Source: Methylophaga frappieri (GTDB lineage: Bacteria > Pseudomonadota > Gammaproteobacteria > Nitrosococcales > Methylophagaceae). Taken from it: a stretch of DNA of 32,000 nucleotides. Positions 14,727 to 24,366 of this stretch are shown piece by piece. Both the position numbers and the translations under genes were made by a program. The stretch covers positions 870,001 to 902,000 of the forward strand of contig NC_017856.1 of assembly GCF_000260965.1 (NCBI RefSeq), written 5' to 3'. Position 1 is the first letter of the stretch, and each line of letters starts with the position of its first letter. The notes beneath the pieces were generated by a model that was given only the letters and a program-made list of their open reading frames with translations, did not search any database and was not told where the DNA came from.

Positions 14727-17510
14727 ATGGTGGCCGATAAAAATCTTGATCTCGCATTACGCATTAGAACTGACCTTAAACAAGCGGTCGGTGAACTGAA
14801 TGCGCTCGAAAGCGAACTGACAAGTTTAGATGGTGCTGGCAAAAAAGCCGGTGCGGGCCTGGATAAAACGGCCTCTTCAGCCAACAAGGCGATAGTAAAT
14901 TTCGGCCGGATGACGCCAGCAGTCAATAATGCCGAGCAGGGTCTGCTCAGATTCCAGCGTATTGCGAACCAACTCAACAAAACTATGCCTGGCATTGCGC
15001 CTGGTGCATTGACTACCGGCATTCGTGAACAGAGCAGACAAATGGGCGCTGCCACACTGTCAGTCAAGCAATATCGCCAGGCTATGCGCCAGTTGCCGGC
15101 ACAAATCACCGATATCGGCACCAGCTTGGCTTCAGGCATGCCGATCTGGTTAGTGGCCATTCAACAAGGTGGCCAGATCCGCGATTCGTTTGGCGGTACC
15201 CGCGAGGCCGGTAAAGCGTTGCTGTCTACTATCAAGCCGATGCCTATTCTGTATGGCAGTATTGCAGCTGCAGCATTGTCAGTCGTTGTCGCTCATGAAA
15301 AAGGCGCAGCTGAGACAAGGCGCTTTAACGAGGCGCTGATTAACACTGGCAATGCCTCCGGTACCAGCACTGACAAGCTGAATGAGATGGCTGAACGTCT
15401 GGATAATATTGCTGGCACCCGTCGAAATGCGGCAGCTGCACTGGCTGAAATCACTGAGACAGGCAAGTTTACCGAACAACAAATTGAGCAAATCGGTCTC
15501 ACTGCTATCCAGATGCAGATAGCTACTGGTCGCGCGGTGAGCGCAACGGTCGAAGAGTTTGTTGCTTTATCTGAAGACCCGGTTGAAGCCATCACTAAAC
15601 TGAATGACCAGTATCACTTCCTGGATGCGGCGATTTATTCCAACATCAAATCACTGCAAGACCAGGGCAAAGAAGTCGAAGCGATCGATCTGGCCATCAA
15701 TACCTACGCTAACACTATGCAGCAACGCGCTGATGAGGTTGCTGGTAATCTTGGGATACTTGAACGGGGCTGGAAAGCTATAAAAAATGCAGCTGCTGAA
15801 GGCTGGGATGCCATGCTTGATATCGGGCGTGCCGATACGCTACAAGAAAGGCTGGATCAAGTTGAGTCACAATTAAACAGACGTATGCGGGGGCCGGCAA
15901 ATCAGCAGTCTGAGCGACGTGCTGAGCTGGAAGCTGAACGTCGAAGATTGCAACTGCTTATTCAGCAACGGGATGAGCTGGCACGTAATGAATCAGCACA
16001 GAAAAAAGCCGATGCTGAAGCCATCAGTGCTATGCAGGCAATCGACAAGCTCACCCAGTTAAATCTCAGCAATGAAGAAAAGCGCGTGCTGGCAATCAAG
16101 GAATATAAGGACCAGCTGGAAGCGATTCGTAATGTTAACCCGAACGATGAACGCCTGGATGATGCAAGGGTGGCCAGAAATATCGCTGGCATTAATGCCC
16201 GTTATCAAGATCGAAATTCTGGCAGTGACCGGGATCGCGCCGCCGAACAAGCTGCCCGTGATGCTGAGCGGTTGGCCGAATCTCAACAGCGTTATGTCGA
16301 ACAATTAGAACGCACAGCAGCCACTGCGAATAAAACAGCAGCTGAACTGCGTGCCTACGAGCTAACCGAACAATCACTGACTGGTGAACTTAAGCAACGT
16401 GCAACCGCTGCGTTGTCAGCCATTGACGCGCAGGAAAAAATGCAGCAGGCAATGGAAGACGGTCGGCAATTGTCGTCTATTCAGACTCAGATTTTACAAC
16501 TCGAAGGCAATACGATGGCAGCGCGCCAGGCCCAGCTTGATCAGCAGTTTGGCGAGTTGCGGGATCGGTTCGTGCAGCGTGGCGATCAGGCGGGTGCGGC
16601 ATTTATAGACAAGCTAATTAATCTTGAGATGGCTCGCACTCGATTGACTCAGGTGCAAGATGAAATCAGTCGGATATTGGCTGATCAGCAGCGTGTTGAA
16701 GATTCAATTAATGTCCAACAGGATGCTGGTCTGATTAATGAAGTTGAGGCGCGAAAGCAGATCCTCGATCTGCATAAACAAACCGCAGCAGTGCTGGAAC
16801 AGCAGCGGCCAGTGCTGGAGAAACTGGCACAAATGCCAGGCGTTATCGGTCAGAATGCAGCAGCTGCCTTGGCTGCTTTGGATACTCAGGCATTACGACT
16901 TAAAACCACGACAACGGAGCTCGCAACAACTGTAAAACAAGGGCTTGAGCAGGGTTTAAACAATGCGATTACCGGTCTTGCTGATGGCACCCTGACCCTG
17001 CGTGATGCTATCGGCACGCTTGTTGAGTCGATTGGCCGCGCTCTGATTCAGCTCGCTGCACAACAGGCAGCAGTGTCGATTGTTGGCGGTTTTGGCGGTG
17101 GTGGTTTTTTGGATTTCCTGGGCTTTGCAGATGGTGGTTGGACCGGGCCAGGCAGCAAATACCAGCCAGCAGGCATTGTTCATGCCGGTGAGTATGTTCA
17201 ACCTCAGTCAGTGATGCGGGAGCCCGGTGCCATGGCATTCATGGAGTCGTTTCGTCAAAACGGTATGGCCGCTCTGAGTCGCTTTCGTGGGTATGCTGAG
17301 GGTGGTCTAGTTGGCGGTTCAGGGCATCTGCCTGAGCAATCTGGCGGTCAAGCACGTAAATCCGGCGCGACTCATCTCAATCAGTACATCGCATTGGACC
17401 CTCAGGAACTGGCTGACTCGATAGCGAGTACACCAAATTTTGGCCAGAGCATTATGACTGTGATCCGGACAGAGCGCCGGCAGGTATCAACAATTTTGGA
17501 TGGTGGCTGA
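14727..17510 (+). CDS. Tail tape measure protein
   Basis: 927 aa, highly helical, Ala/Gln/Glu/Leu-rich, with a Gly-rich C-terminal part ([23 protein letters not shown] ... [10 protein letters not shown]). Follows the chaperone pair. Confidence 0.85.
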   Translation: MVADKNLDLALRIRTDLKQAVGELNALESELTSLDGAGKKAGAGLDKTASSANKAIVNFGRMTPAVNNAEQGLLRFQRIANQLNKTMPGIAPGALTTGIREQSRQMGAATLSVKQYRQAMRQLPAQITDIGTSLASGMPIWLVAIQQGGQIRDSFGGTREAGKALLSTIKPMPILYGSIAAAALSVVVAHEKGAAETRRFNEALINTGNASGTSTDKLNEMAERLDNIAGTRRNAAAALAEITETGKFTEQQIEQIGLTAIQMQIATGRAVSATVEEFVALSEDPVEAITKLNDQYHFLDAAIYSNIKSLQDQGKEVEAIDLAINTYANTMQQRADEVAGNLGILERGWKAIKNAAAEGWDAMLDIGRADTLQERLDQVESQLNRRMRGPANQQSERRAELEAERRRLQLLIQQRDELARNESAQKKADAEAISAMQAIDKLTQLNLSNEEKRVLAIKEYKDQLEAIRNVNPNDERLDDARVARNIAGINARYQDRNSGSDRDRAAEQAARDAERLAESQQRYVEQLERTAATANKTAAELRAYELTEQSLTGELKQRATAALSAIDAQEKMQQAMEDGRQLSSIQTQILQLEGNTMAARQAQLDQQFGELRDRFVQRGDQAGAAFIDKLINLEMARTRLTQVQDEISRILADQQRVEDSINVQQDAGLINEVEARKQILDLHKQTAAVLEQQRPVLEKLAQMPGVIGQNAAAALAALDTQALRLKTTTTELATTVKQGLEQGLNNAITGLADGTLTLRDAIGTLVESIGRALIQLAAQQAAVSIVGGFGGGGFLDFLGFADGGWTGPGSKYQPAGIVHAGEYVQPQSVMREPGAMAFMESFRQNGMAALSRFRGYAEGGLVGGSGHLPEQSGGQARKSGATHLNQYIALDPQELADSIASTPNFGQSIMTVIRTERRQVSTILDGG

Positions 17511-18721
17511 TGGCATTGCCAGACGGCGTTTCGGCCGTTTTCCCGTTTGCTCCGGACTGGTCAGATCCGGTGCAGGAGAGTTTTGCATATAAAACAAATG
17601 TATTGCGCTCACGCGATATGACTGGCCAGTGGCGCGGACTGCGCAGTAAACCGCGCGAGCAGCTAAATTACACGATTTTGCTGGGTGCCGACGACGCAGC
17701 CAGTTTTGATTATCGCTTTGGTCGACTACAGCCCTATACCTGGATGCTGCCACAGTGGTCCCGTCGGCGCTTTTTAGCATCTGCAGCCACTATCGGTACT
17801 AACACACTGTTGCTTGATGGCCCAGTCTCATATCTGGCTCGTGCCGGTGATGAATATATATTAATGCTGGGTGACGTAGAGCCTGAAGTCGTCGCTATTG
17901 AAAGCATCTCTGGTGACCGTCTGACCCTGACATTAACTAGTGCTCTCGATAGCAGTTGGCCATCGAGAGCCAAAGTCTATCCTGCCTGGCGTGCTCAAGT
18001 GGCCGGTGAGATGGAGGCCGAGTGGATTAGTAGTCATGTTATGCGCTGCCCGGTCAGTTTCAGACGCCTGGTTGATAACCGTGCTCCGGAAGCATCCAGC
18101 TTAACTGCTGACGAAACGCTTAATAGCTTGGAAGTACTGGTTCGCCCTGTCGACTGGTCAAAGCCAATTAATGTCACTTATGACTGGGTACCGGATTACA
18201 TCGATGCTGAAGTTGGCCCGTTTGAATCCGTAGTGCGTGGCCTGATTTCACGCCGCCTGCGTAAAGGTGAAGTGCTATGTGAAAGCCGTGATGAGGTCGA
18301 CTGGTGGCTTGCATTCCTCGACCGGCGCTCTGGCCAGCGTGTGCCGTTCATGATGCCGACCTGGCTCGGTGATTTGCAACTACAGCAGCCGCTGAGCGCC
18401 GGTATTGATTTTGAGGTTGCTGGCACCGATCTGGGCATGTTTTCACCGTCTTCTGGCACTTATACCCACCTGATGATCCGCAAAAAAAACGGCAGCGTGG
18501 CGTTTTTTGAGGTGTCCACGATTGCCGCCGATTTTGGCCTTGGCGTATCAACGGTGACAACGGTCGAGGATTGGGACGAATCATACGGTCCCTGGGAATG
18601 CAGTCAGATCAGTTTTGTCACCGTCTGCCATCTGGCCAGTGATGGTTTCACCGTCTCCTGGATTACTGACGAAGTGGCCAGAATTAACCTGGCAGTTATG
18701 ACTGAGGAAATCCCCGAATGA
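17510..18721 (+). CDS. Tail protein at the distal-tail (Dit) position; family not recognised with certainty
   Basis: 403 aa, ATGA-coupled to the tape measure and to the next gene. The N-terminus FPFAPDWSDPVQESFAYKTNVLRSRD... loosely recalls DUF2460-type tail proteins. Confidence 0.55.
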   Translation: MALPDGVSAVFPFAPDWSDPVQESFAYKTNVLRSRDMTGQWRGLRSKPREQLNYTILLGADDAASFDYRFGRLQPYTWMLPQWSRRRFLASAATIGTNTLLLDGPVSYLARAGDEYILMLGDVEPEVVAIESISGDRLTLTLTSALDSSWPSRAKVYPAWRAQVAGEMEAEWISSHVMRCPVSFRRLVDNRAPEASSLTADETLNSLEVLVRPVDWSKPINVTYDWVPDYIDAEVGPFESVVRGLISRRLRKGEVLCESRDEVDWWLAFLDRRSGQRVPFMMPTWLGDLQLQQPLSAGIDFEVAGTDLGMFSPSSGTYTHLMIRKKNGSVAFFEVSTIAADFGLGVSTVTTVEDWDESYGPWECSQISFVTVCHLASDGFTVSWITDEVARINLAVMTEEIPE

Positions 18722-19539
18722 CATTTAACGCCTACGAGACAAGCCGGCATTCAGGCACGCCCGCCGAACACCTGGAAATTGTCTACGGCGACAATCCGGT
18801 GGATGCCGTGCGGATGACCACTGCGGACTATAACGTGACGATAAACGGCAAAGAATATACGTCCGGCATGATCAAGCGCGACTCAATCTCGGACGACTCT
18901 AATCCGTACGACGGAGAGCAGCTAAAAATATCGCTGAACAGAGAAAATCCGTTTGCCGATATCTACCTTTCGCATGAGTTCGCTAACGTCATCACAGTGA
19001 CGCTCTATCAATCGCATCTTGATGATCCGGACACGCAGCCAGTCATTGTCTGGTCGGGGCGACTGGCCGGTGTTGAGTGGGAATATCCGATGATGATCCT
19101 GCTGAGTGAGCGCATGGATTTGTATATGAATGGCTATGCGCTGACGATGCGTTACCAGATTGGCCAGTGTGTGCATACCGTCTATCACGGCTTATGCGGA
19201 TTGATTAAATCCGAATGGGAAGTGGGGGGGGATGTCACGGACATTACCGACAAAACCGTGATCGAAATAACCGAGGCTGGCGGATATGGGGACGGCTATT
19301 TTACAGGCGGCATCCTGTCATTTGCAGGTATCAATCGCTACATACTGCAACACGTCGGCAACCAGGTTTGGCTTAATCGTCCGATAAAAAGCTTGATACC
19401 TGTCAGCGCTGTGAAGCTGTATCCGGGCTGTAATCGGCTACCGCAAACCTGTCTGAATAAGTTTAACAATATTGACAACTATCTCGCATTCGATTGGACA
19501 CCCGCGAAAGACGGTTACGACGGCAACAGTATATTTTAG
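18718..19539 (+). CDS. Tail tip/hub protein of the DUF2163 + phage BR0599 type (RcGTA g13-like)
   Basis: The C-terminal pattern ...DGYFTGGILSFAGINRYILQH...VKLYPGCNRLPQTCLNKFNNIDNYLAFDWTP matches the BR0599 domain signature (GC..x..C..KFxNxxN). Confidence 0.7.
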   Translation: MTFNAYETSRHSGTPAEHLEIVYGDNPVDAVRMTTADYNVTINGKEYTSGMIKRDSISDDSNPYDGEQLKISLNRENPFADIYLSHEFANVITVTLYQSHLDDPDTQPVIVWSGRLAGVEWEYPMMILLSERMDLYMNGYALTMRYQIGQCVHTVYHGLCGLIKSEWEVGGDVTDITDKTVIEITEAGGYGDGYFTGGILSFAGINRYILQHVGNQVWLNRPIKSLIPVSAVKLYPGCNRLPQTCLNKFNNIDNYLAFDWTPAKDGYDGNSIF

Positions 19540-19549
19540 GGGGCTAATT

Positions 19550-19774
19550 ATGGGATTTTGGATACAGCTATTAATCGGCGTGGCTTTGATGGCCATACAA
19601 ACCATCTTAAATAAGCCGCAAAAATCACCCTCTGCTACTGCAGAAAAATTAACTGTGCCTAGCGCAAAAACGGGGTCTAGCATTTATCTGATGCGCGGTA
19701 CTCGTGATATTGAGTCCCCTGGCGTGGTTAACAGGGGCAACACACGCGCTAAAGCAATCCGCAGGAAACCTTAA
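19550..19774 (+). CDS. Short ORF resembling the detached N-terminal segment (TM helix + conserved LxVxSAxxGxxI...GTxRI stretch) of J-like / GTA g15-like tail tip proteins
   Basis: GGGGG SD then ATG 19550. Sequence MGFWIQLLIGVALMAIQTILNKPQ...AEKLTVPSAKTGSSIYLMRGTRDIESPGVV. Same reading frame as the 19964 ORF. The track start at 19472 is rejected. Confidence 0.5.
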   Translation: MGFWIQLLIGVALMAIQTILNKPQKSPSATAEKLTVPSAKTGSSIYLMRGTRDIESPGVVNRGNTRAKAIRRKP

Positions 19775-19776
19775 CC

Positions 19777-19974
19777 GTGGCTAGAGTTTATATTCGGCAC
19801 ATTCGGCAACTTCGATATTGTCGTGACGGATTTCTAAACTGGGGCGCGAGAAATGGGTTCACTTTGCGCGAGTTTCGCAATGGCGTCGAGACCAAGGCGC
19901 TTCGTGAGACGGGCTGCCCGTTTGCAGTCGCAGTCGCAGAGTTGGCCGAGAAAGAGGTAGACGATGGGCGGTAG
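19777..19974 (+). CDS. 65-aa ORF of unknown function lying between the two parts of the tail tip gene
   Basis: GTG 19777 lies 2 nt after the upstream TAA, with AGGA at 19763-19766. Its end overlaps ATG 19964 by 11 nt. The frame differs from both neighbours. Confidence 0.4.
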   Translation: MARVYIRHIRQLRYCRDGFLNWGARNGFTLREFRNGVETKALRETGCPFAVAVAELAEKEVDDGR

Positions 19975-22861
19975 CGGGAAACGTCAAACGGTCGGGTATA
20001 AATACTACGAAGACCAACACTTGGTCCTTGCGCTTAGTAATTTTGACCATATCAGCCATATCTGGTTTGCTGAAAATCTGGCATGGGTGGGCATAGAAGA
20101 AGGTCTGACTGACGACTGGTCTACGATTGAGATCAGCCAACCTAAGTTATTTGGAGGGGAACAGCGTGAAGGCGGCGTATCCGGCACCATAAGACTGGGT
20201 ATGGGCTGGCCGACCCAACCACGGTTAGCACGTATGGTATCGCGAATTGGTGGTCCGCTAATGCCGGCCTACCGTGGTGTAGTCTCTCTATTTTTCGATG
20301 ATTTTTATTTCGGCAACAGCCCGTATATAAAGCCGATTAAATTCAGAGCGCAGGCAATTCATAAGCTCAGCGATGGGTCTCCACAGTGGTACGACGAGAA
20401 AGCTGCGATTTTCGGAGGCTATGACAGAACCCCTTCGGCTGTGCAGTTCTCCCTTGACGCCTCGGGGTCCATGTTCCCCCCGGATTCCAACAGATGGGCG
20501 GTTGTTAAAGAAGCCATGAACTCGGTTTTTGATTGGTTAACCGAGATCGGCATATCTCACGATATACGTGTCAATATATGGGCGTCAGGGTCACAGGCTT
20601 TAGCTAAGTATAATATTGATGCGGCAGCGATCTCAGAGTTGCGCGCTTTTGTAAACGCTGTCGATGCGTCAATGGGAGCCACCGATTTCACGGCGTCCAT
20701 ATACGCTATGTCCGCGTTTTTCAATACGAGCAATAAACCGATCAAAAAATTTATATTTTTGACGGACGGTGAGCCTTCGCCGGAAGGCACTGATATTGAG
20801 GCGAGTGAACAGTTAAGCAACATACCTAACGTTCAGGCACACGCTTTCAACATCGACCTTGCGGACACCTCGCACACGGAGCTGATGGACAACACGCCCG
20901 CAGACGGTGTGCCAGTGATTTCCGGCAGTAACGCAGACGCGATTGCGGACGCCCTCCGGTCGGCTTTTACCATGTGGGACATTAATCCGATCCATCTAAT
21001 GCGGGAGTGTCACACCGACAAAGTTTGGGGCGGACGGTTCCCCGAATCAAAGATGGGGGACAGCTACGAAACTGCGGCCGATACCCTATTTGAGGAAAAG
21101 TTAGGGGTATCATTCCTTTTCACAGAAGAAATCCGATGGCGTGAAATTATTGAAGAAATAGCACGCCACATCGACGCTATACCCTATCAGGACCCTGAAA
21201 CAGGTCTGATGGAGATAAAGCTGATCCGGGACGACTACGACCCGGAGACACTGCCGATCCTTGACCCTAGCAACTCTGAATTGGTCAATTTCAACGCTCC
21301 GATGGAGAACGAAATATTTAACCAGGTTGTTATCGAGTTCTGGAACAGAGAGACCGGTAAAGACGATTCAGTGACGCTCAGTGACGCGGCAGCCGTTGAC
21401 GCTGTGGGGTACATTAATCAAAAGACATATCAATACGCGGGTATCACTAATCGATATTCGGCTATGATTGTGGGTGAACGCGATCTGGCGCGATCCAGCA
21501 AGCCTTTTTATCAAGGACGCATTCGGACCAACCGCGTACATGCTAACCTGCGACCTGGTGATGTGTTCAAACTAAACTCGCCGGATGACGACATAGAGAC
21601 TATGGTGTGTCGTGTTACTAAACGCAATGAGTCTAGTCAACTCAACGGCGACATTACGCTTGAGTGGGCGGAGGACGTGTTTGGGCAGGTGTTCAGCACT
21701 TTCGGTACCCCGGCAGGGACCCAGTGGTCGGACTCAACGTCCATATCAGGTTCGATAAAACATAAAACCGCGTTTGAGATACCTTATTTCTTAGCGATGC
21801 AACTCGTCGGTGAGCAGGCTATCCCCTCGGAAAATACATCAGCCGCCTACGGGTTCGCGGCAGCAGAGCCTAGTTCGGGGGTTTCCTTGGGTTATGATCT
21901 CTACGTTTATCCAGAAGGGACAACTCAAGAACCAGACCCCGAGGAAGCGATAGAGAGTGCATACACGCCAACTTTGATCGCGGCCAGTTCGATCTCTGAC
22001 CGGCAAGAGACTGTGATACCGATATCCAGTGAGATAGGAGTCGAGTCACTCTCTGTGGGACAGTTGGTCTTGATCGGTAACGCGCTAGACGCGGAGCGGG
22101 AGATCGCCGCCGTCTCTGTAGAGTTTACTAGCGGGGACAGCGTACTGTACTTATTACGCGGCGTCGCAGACACCCTCCCACTACCGATCCCAGCAGGCGC
22201 GCCACTCTACGTCATCGGAGAGGAACTTAGCTACAGCGAGACAATATTCCTCCCAGGGGAAACTGTTGAGGGGTACGCGGTAGCGAACAGCGCTGGTGGA
22301 ACTGAACCAGGTCCTTACGCAAAACACGCTGTTGAAATGGACGGGCGCATATTCAAACCCTATCCACCCGCCAATTTTCGCGTAGAAGGGTTGCTGTACC
22401 CAGGGGAACTCTACCAGCCGCCGAGTGCGTCTGTCACATTCACATGGTCATATAGGGACCGCATAATCCAAGCTGATCAGGTTGTTTCTTATTTTAACTC
22501 GGACGACTACGGACCCGAAGTGGGAACGACCTACTTAATTGAAGCCGACGCACTGGACGTTGACGGCTTGTTAATCGAAGAAAACTGGTTTTCAGAAGAC
22601 CTTGGCTCCGTCAAGACCTATGATTTGGATTTTGTTACATATCCAACGCCCACGGATACGTTTTTTGTTGTTATCCGTTTGTGGGCGGTTCGGGAGGATG
22701 AAAGGTCATTGCAAGCACCTTTCGTTCAGTTCATCGCCCCCGATGCCGACCCAGATGAGATCGACAGAGACTTGCTATCTCAAGAACGGCCTATCGCCAC
22801 TTTCACGGCCGTTATTTTGGGCGAAAACGGTGAGTACATCGAAATGGAGAGACCAGAATGA
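19964..22861 (+). CDS. Tail tip / host-specificity (J-like, central fibre) protein carrying an internal vWA (MIDAS) domain
   Basis: AAGAGG SD. The N-terminus MGGSGKRQTVGYKYY... and the later INPIHLMRECHTDKVWG...IKLIRDDYDPETL... are typical of this tip-protein family. aa ~158-335 form a vWA domain (LDASGSM, GATDF, FLTDGEP). Confidence 0.8.
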   Translation: MGGSGKRQTVGYKYYEDQHLVLALSNFDHISHIWFAENLAWVGIEEGLTDDWSTIEISQPKLFGGEQREGGVSGTIRLGMGWPTQPRLARMVSRIGGPLMPAYRGVVSLFFDDFYFGNSPYIKPIKFRAQAIHKLSDGSPQWYDEKAAIFGGYDRTPSAVQFSLDASGSMFPPDSNRWAVVKEAMNSVFDWLTEIGISHDIRVNIWASGSQALAKYNIDAAAISELRAFVNAVDASMGATDFTASIYAMSAFFNTSNKPIKKFIFLTDGEPSPEGTDIEASEQLSNIPNVQAHAFNIDLADTSHTELMDNTPADGVPVISGSNADAIADALRSAFTMWDINPIHLMRECHTDKVWGGRFPESKMGDSYETAADTLFEEKLGVSFLFTEEIRWREIIEEIARHIDAIPYQDPETGLMEIKLIRDDYDPETLPILDPSNSELVNFNAPMENEIFNQVVIEFWNRETGKDDSVTLSDAAAVDAVGYINQKTYQYAGITNRYSAMIVGERDLARSSKPFYQGRIRTNRVHANLRPGDVFKLNSPDDDIETMVCRVTKRNESSQLNGDITLEWAEDVFGQVFSTFGTPAGTQWSDSTSISGSIKHKTAFEIPYFLAMQLVGEQAIPSENTSAAYGFAAAEPSSGVSLGYDLYVYPEGTTQEPDPEEAIESAYTPTLIAASSISDRQETVIPISSEIGVESLSVGQLVLIGNALDAEREIAAVSVEFTSGDSVLYLLRGVADTLPLPIPAGAPLYVIGEELSYSETIFLPGETVEGYAVANSAGGTEPGPYAKHAVEMDGRIFKPYPPANFRVEGLLYPGELYQPPSASVTFTWSYRDRIIQADQVVSYFNSDDYGPEVGTTYLIEADALDVDGLLIEENWFSEDLGSVKTYDLDFVTYPTPTDTFFVVIRLWAVREDERSLQAPFVQFIAPDADPDEIDRDLLSQERPIATFTAVILGENGEYIEMERPE

Positions 22862-23610
22862 GCTTAGTATTTAAGAAAATTTCGGATTATCTGGCATTAG
22901 CGGGTTCAGCACTACGCGGGAATGAATTCATACTGCTATCCGACACAGAGTCCGACGGCAGCTACACCGCGACAACCATCGCCTACGATGCTGGCACGAA
23001 GACGATATCTGACTCTAATAACTCACTGCCACTGGTTAAACCCGGCGGCTATGTGCAGGTGACCGGATCTACTGTTAGTGCGCTCAATGGTGTGCATGAG
23101 GTTGTCTCATCGACAGCGGGAGCGATAGTCATAACTTCGGCAGTGGCGACCCCCGAGACTGCGGGTGCGTCAATCACCATTGCTGAGATCGCAGCAAACT
23201 ACCGTACTACGCTGGCTGATCTTCAAGCATTTTTCACTGCCGCGTCGATACCAAACCCACTGAACGGCGTCAATATTCAAAACGCCTGGGCAGATAAAAT
23301 ACGCGGCAAGCCGGTCGATGTAACAGGAAATATCTCCGGCAACGCTCTTGATTTTGACTATGATGACGGCGATTTCCAATACGCGACACTGAGCGCTGCA
23401 GACACCGATATCACTGTGAGCAACATGCCCGCCGGTGCTCAGCTAAAAATAATATTGTTTGCCGCAGATACTTATGCCCCTGATGTATCGGCACTGACAC
23501 CACTGCTCAATGGTGACGGGATTACATTTAGCCCAGTGACAGTAATACTTGCAGAAACACTAAATAACACAACAATCAGATATATAGCAGCAGGGGGGTA
23601 CGCGTCATGA
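22858..23610 (+). CDS. Tail-associated protein of unknown function (distal fibre module)
   Basis: 250 aa, ATGA-coupled to the tip protein and to the next gene. Ser/Thr/Ala/Gly-rich and apparently beta-rich. Confidence 0.45.
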   Translation: MSLVFKKISDYLALAGSALRGNEFILLSDTESDGSYTATTIAYDAGTKTISDSNNSLPLVKPGGYVQVTGSTVSALNGVHEVVSSTAGAIVITSAVATPETAGASITIAEIAANYRTTLADLQAFFTAASIPNPLNGVNIQNAWADKIRGKPVDVTGNISGNALDFDYDDGDFQYATLSAADTDITVSNMPAGAQLKIILFAADTYAPDVSALTPLLNGDGITFSPVTVILAETLNNTTIRYIAAGGYAS

Positions 23611-24317
23611 TGCCGCAGCGAAGATGGAGACGGGCTGTTAGTAAGCCGTCGCCACTGGTGCCGGGGGACTATATAGCTCTATGGCTGATGGCCGGTGATG
23701 CAACGGACGTAACGGGCGATTACGATATTGGCCTGTTTGGTGGCGCAGATCAGCATGAAGACCATGTCGACTATGATGGGAATAATGATTACGGTCAGTG
23801 CGCGAGACTGGCTTTCAACGATAACGCCTTTACGCTCATTATGCTCGTGCGTTTTGACGGGTTCGATACCGATGGAGTTTGGATCGCTAACAGCCGCAGC
23901 GACGACGATGTGACGGCGAAGAACGAGTGGCAGCTAACTGTCTTCTCACCCGCCTCTGGAGGTCTCAATAAGCCTCGCGTATCGATTTGCAACACCGAGG
24001 GTACTTTTCACTCAGCCACATTTAACGAGGCTATTGCAGTAGGTACCTGGTACACCGTATCTGTTAGGTTCACTGGTAGCGCAGTGCAGATTTTTAACGG
24101 ATTAAGTTTGCAGGAAAGTACCGAATTTACCGGCACCATGAATACCGGCTCCACGAATACTAGATTCGCTCGGCGTGGCTGGAATCAAGAAAGTGCGAGC
24201 ACAGTTATTCACGGACACTTGGATCAATCTCGTAGCATTGCGTACGACTATGCACTATCGGATGCTGAACTAGCGGCAACTATAACGGCGATCACAACCG
24301 GAGTCGGATTGGTTTGA
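23607..24317 (+). CDS. LamG / concanavalin-A-like lectin-fold protein, probable receptor-binding tail component
   Basis: Pattern ...FTLIMLVRFDG...WQLTV...GTWYTVSVRFTGSAVQIFNGLSLQES...GHLDQSRSIAYDYALSDAELAA is typical of Laminin_G_3-type domains. It is the last phage gene. Confidence 0.6.
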   Translation: MMPQRRWRRAVSKPSPLVPGDYIALWLMAGDATDVTGDYDIGLFGGADQHEDHVDYDGNNDYGQCARLAFNDNAFTLIMLVRFDGFDTDGVWIANSRSDDDVTAKNEWQLTVFSPASGGLNKPRVSICNTEGTFHSATFNEAIAVGTWYTVSVRFTGSAVQIFNGLSLQESTEFTGTMNTGSTNTRFARRGWNQESASTVIHGHLDQSRSIAYDYALSDAELAATITAITTGVGLV

Positions 24318-24366
24318 TAGTTCTATTCTGGAAAAGGTTTTTATTATTTGTAACAGATAATAAAGT

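Noticed and set aside
19472-19549. Upstream extension of the 74-aa tip fragment (track ORF 19472-19774)
   Set aside because: The extension overlaps the end of the BR0599 gene and has no SD. ATG 19550 follows a GGGGG SD and starts with the expected hydrophobic helix.
22858-24317. Diversity-generating retroelement targeting the lectin-fold tail protein
   Set aside because: There is no reverse transcriptase gene in the window. I could not see a template/variable repeat pair. The phage end follows within ~90 bp, leaving no room for DGR components.
18718-24317. Apparent compositional break (more ACG/GCG/CCG codons) suggesting the tip module is a recent foreign graft
   Set aside because: Hand counts of CpG gave ~20 per 183 nt after 18718 and ~16 per 170 nt before it, which is not convincingly different. 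A proper sliding-window GC, codon or k-mer analysis is needed before any claim. Only the com/methyltransferase segment showed a clear shift.
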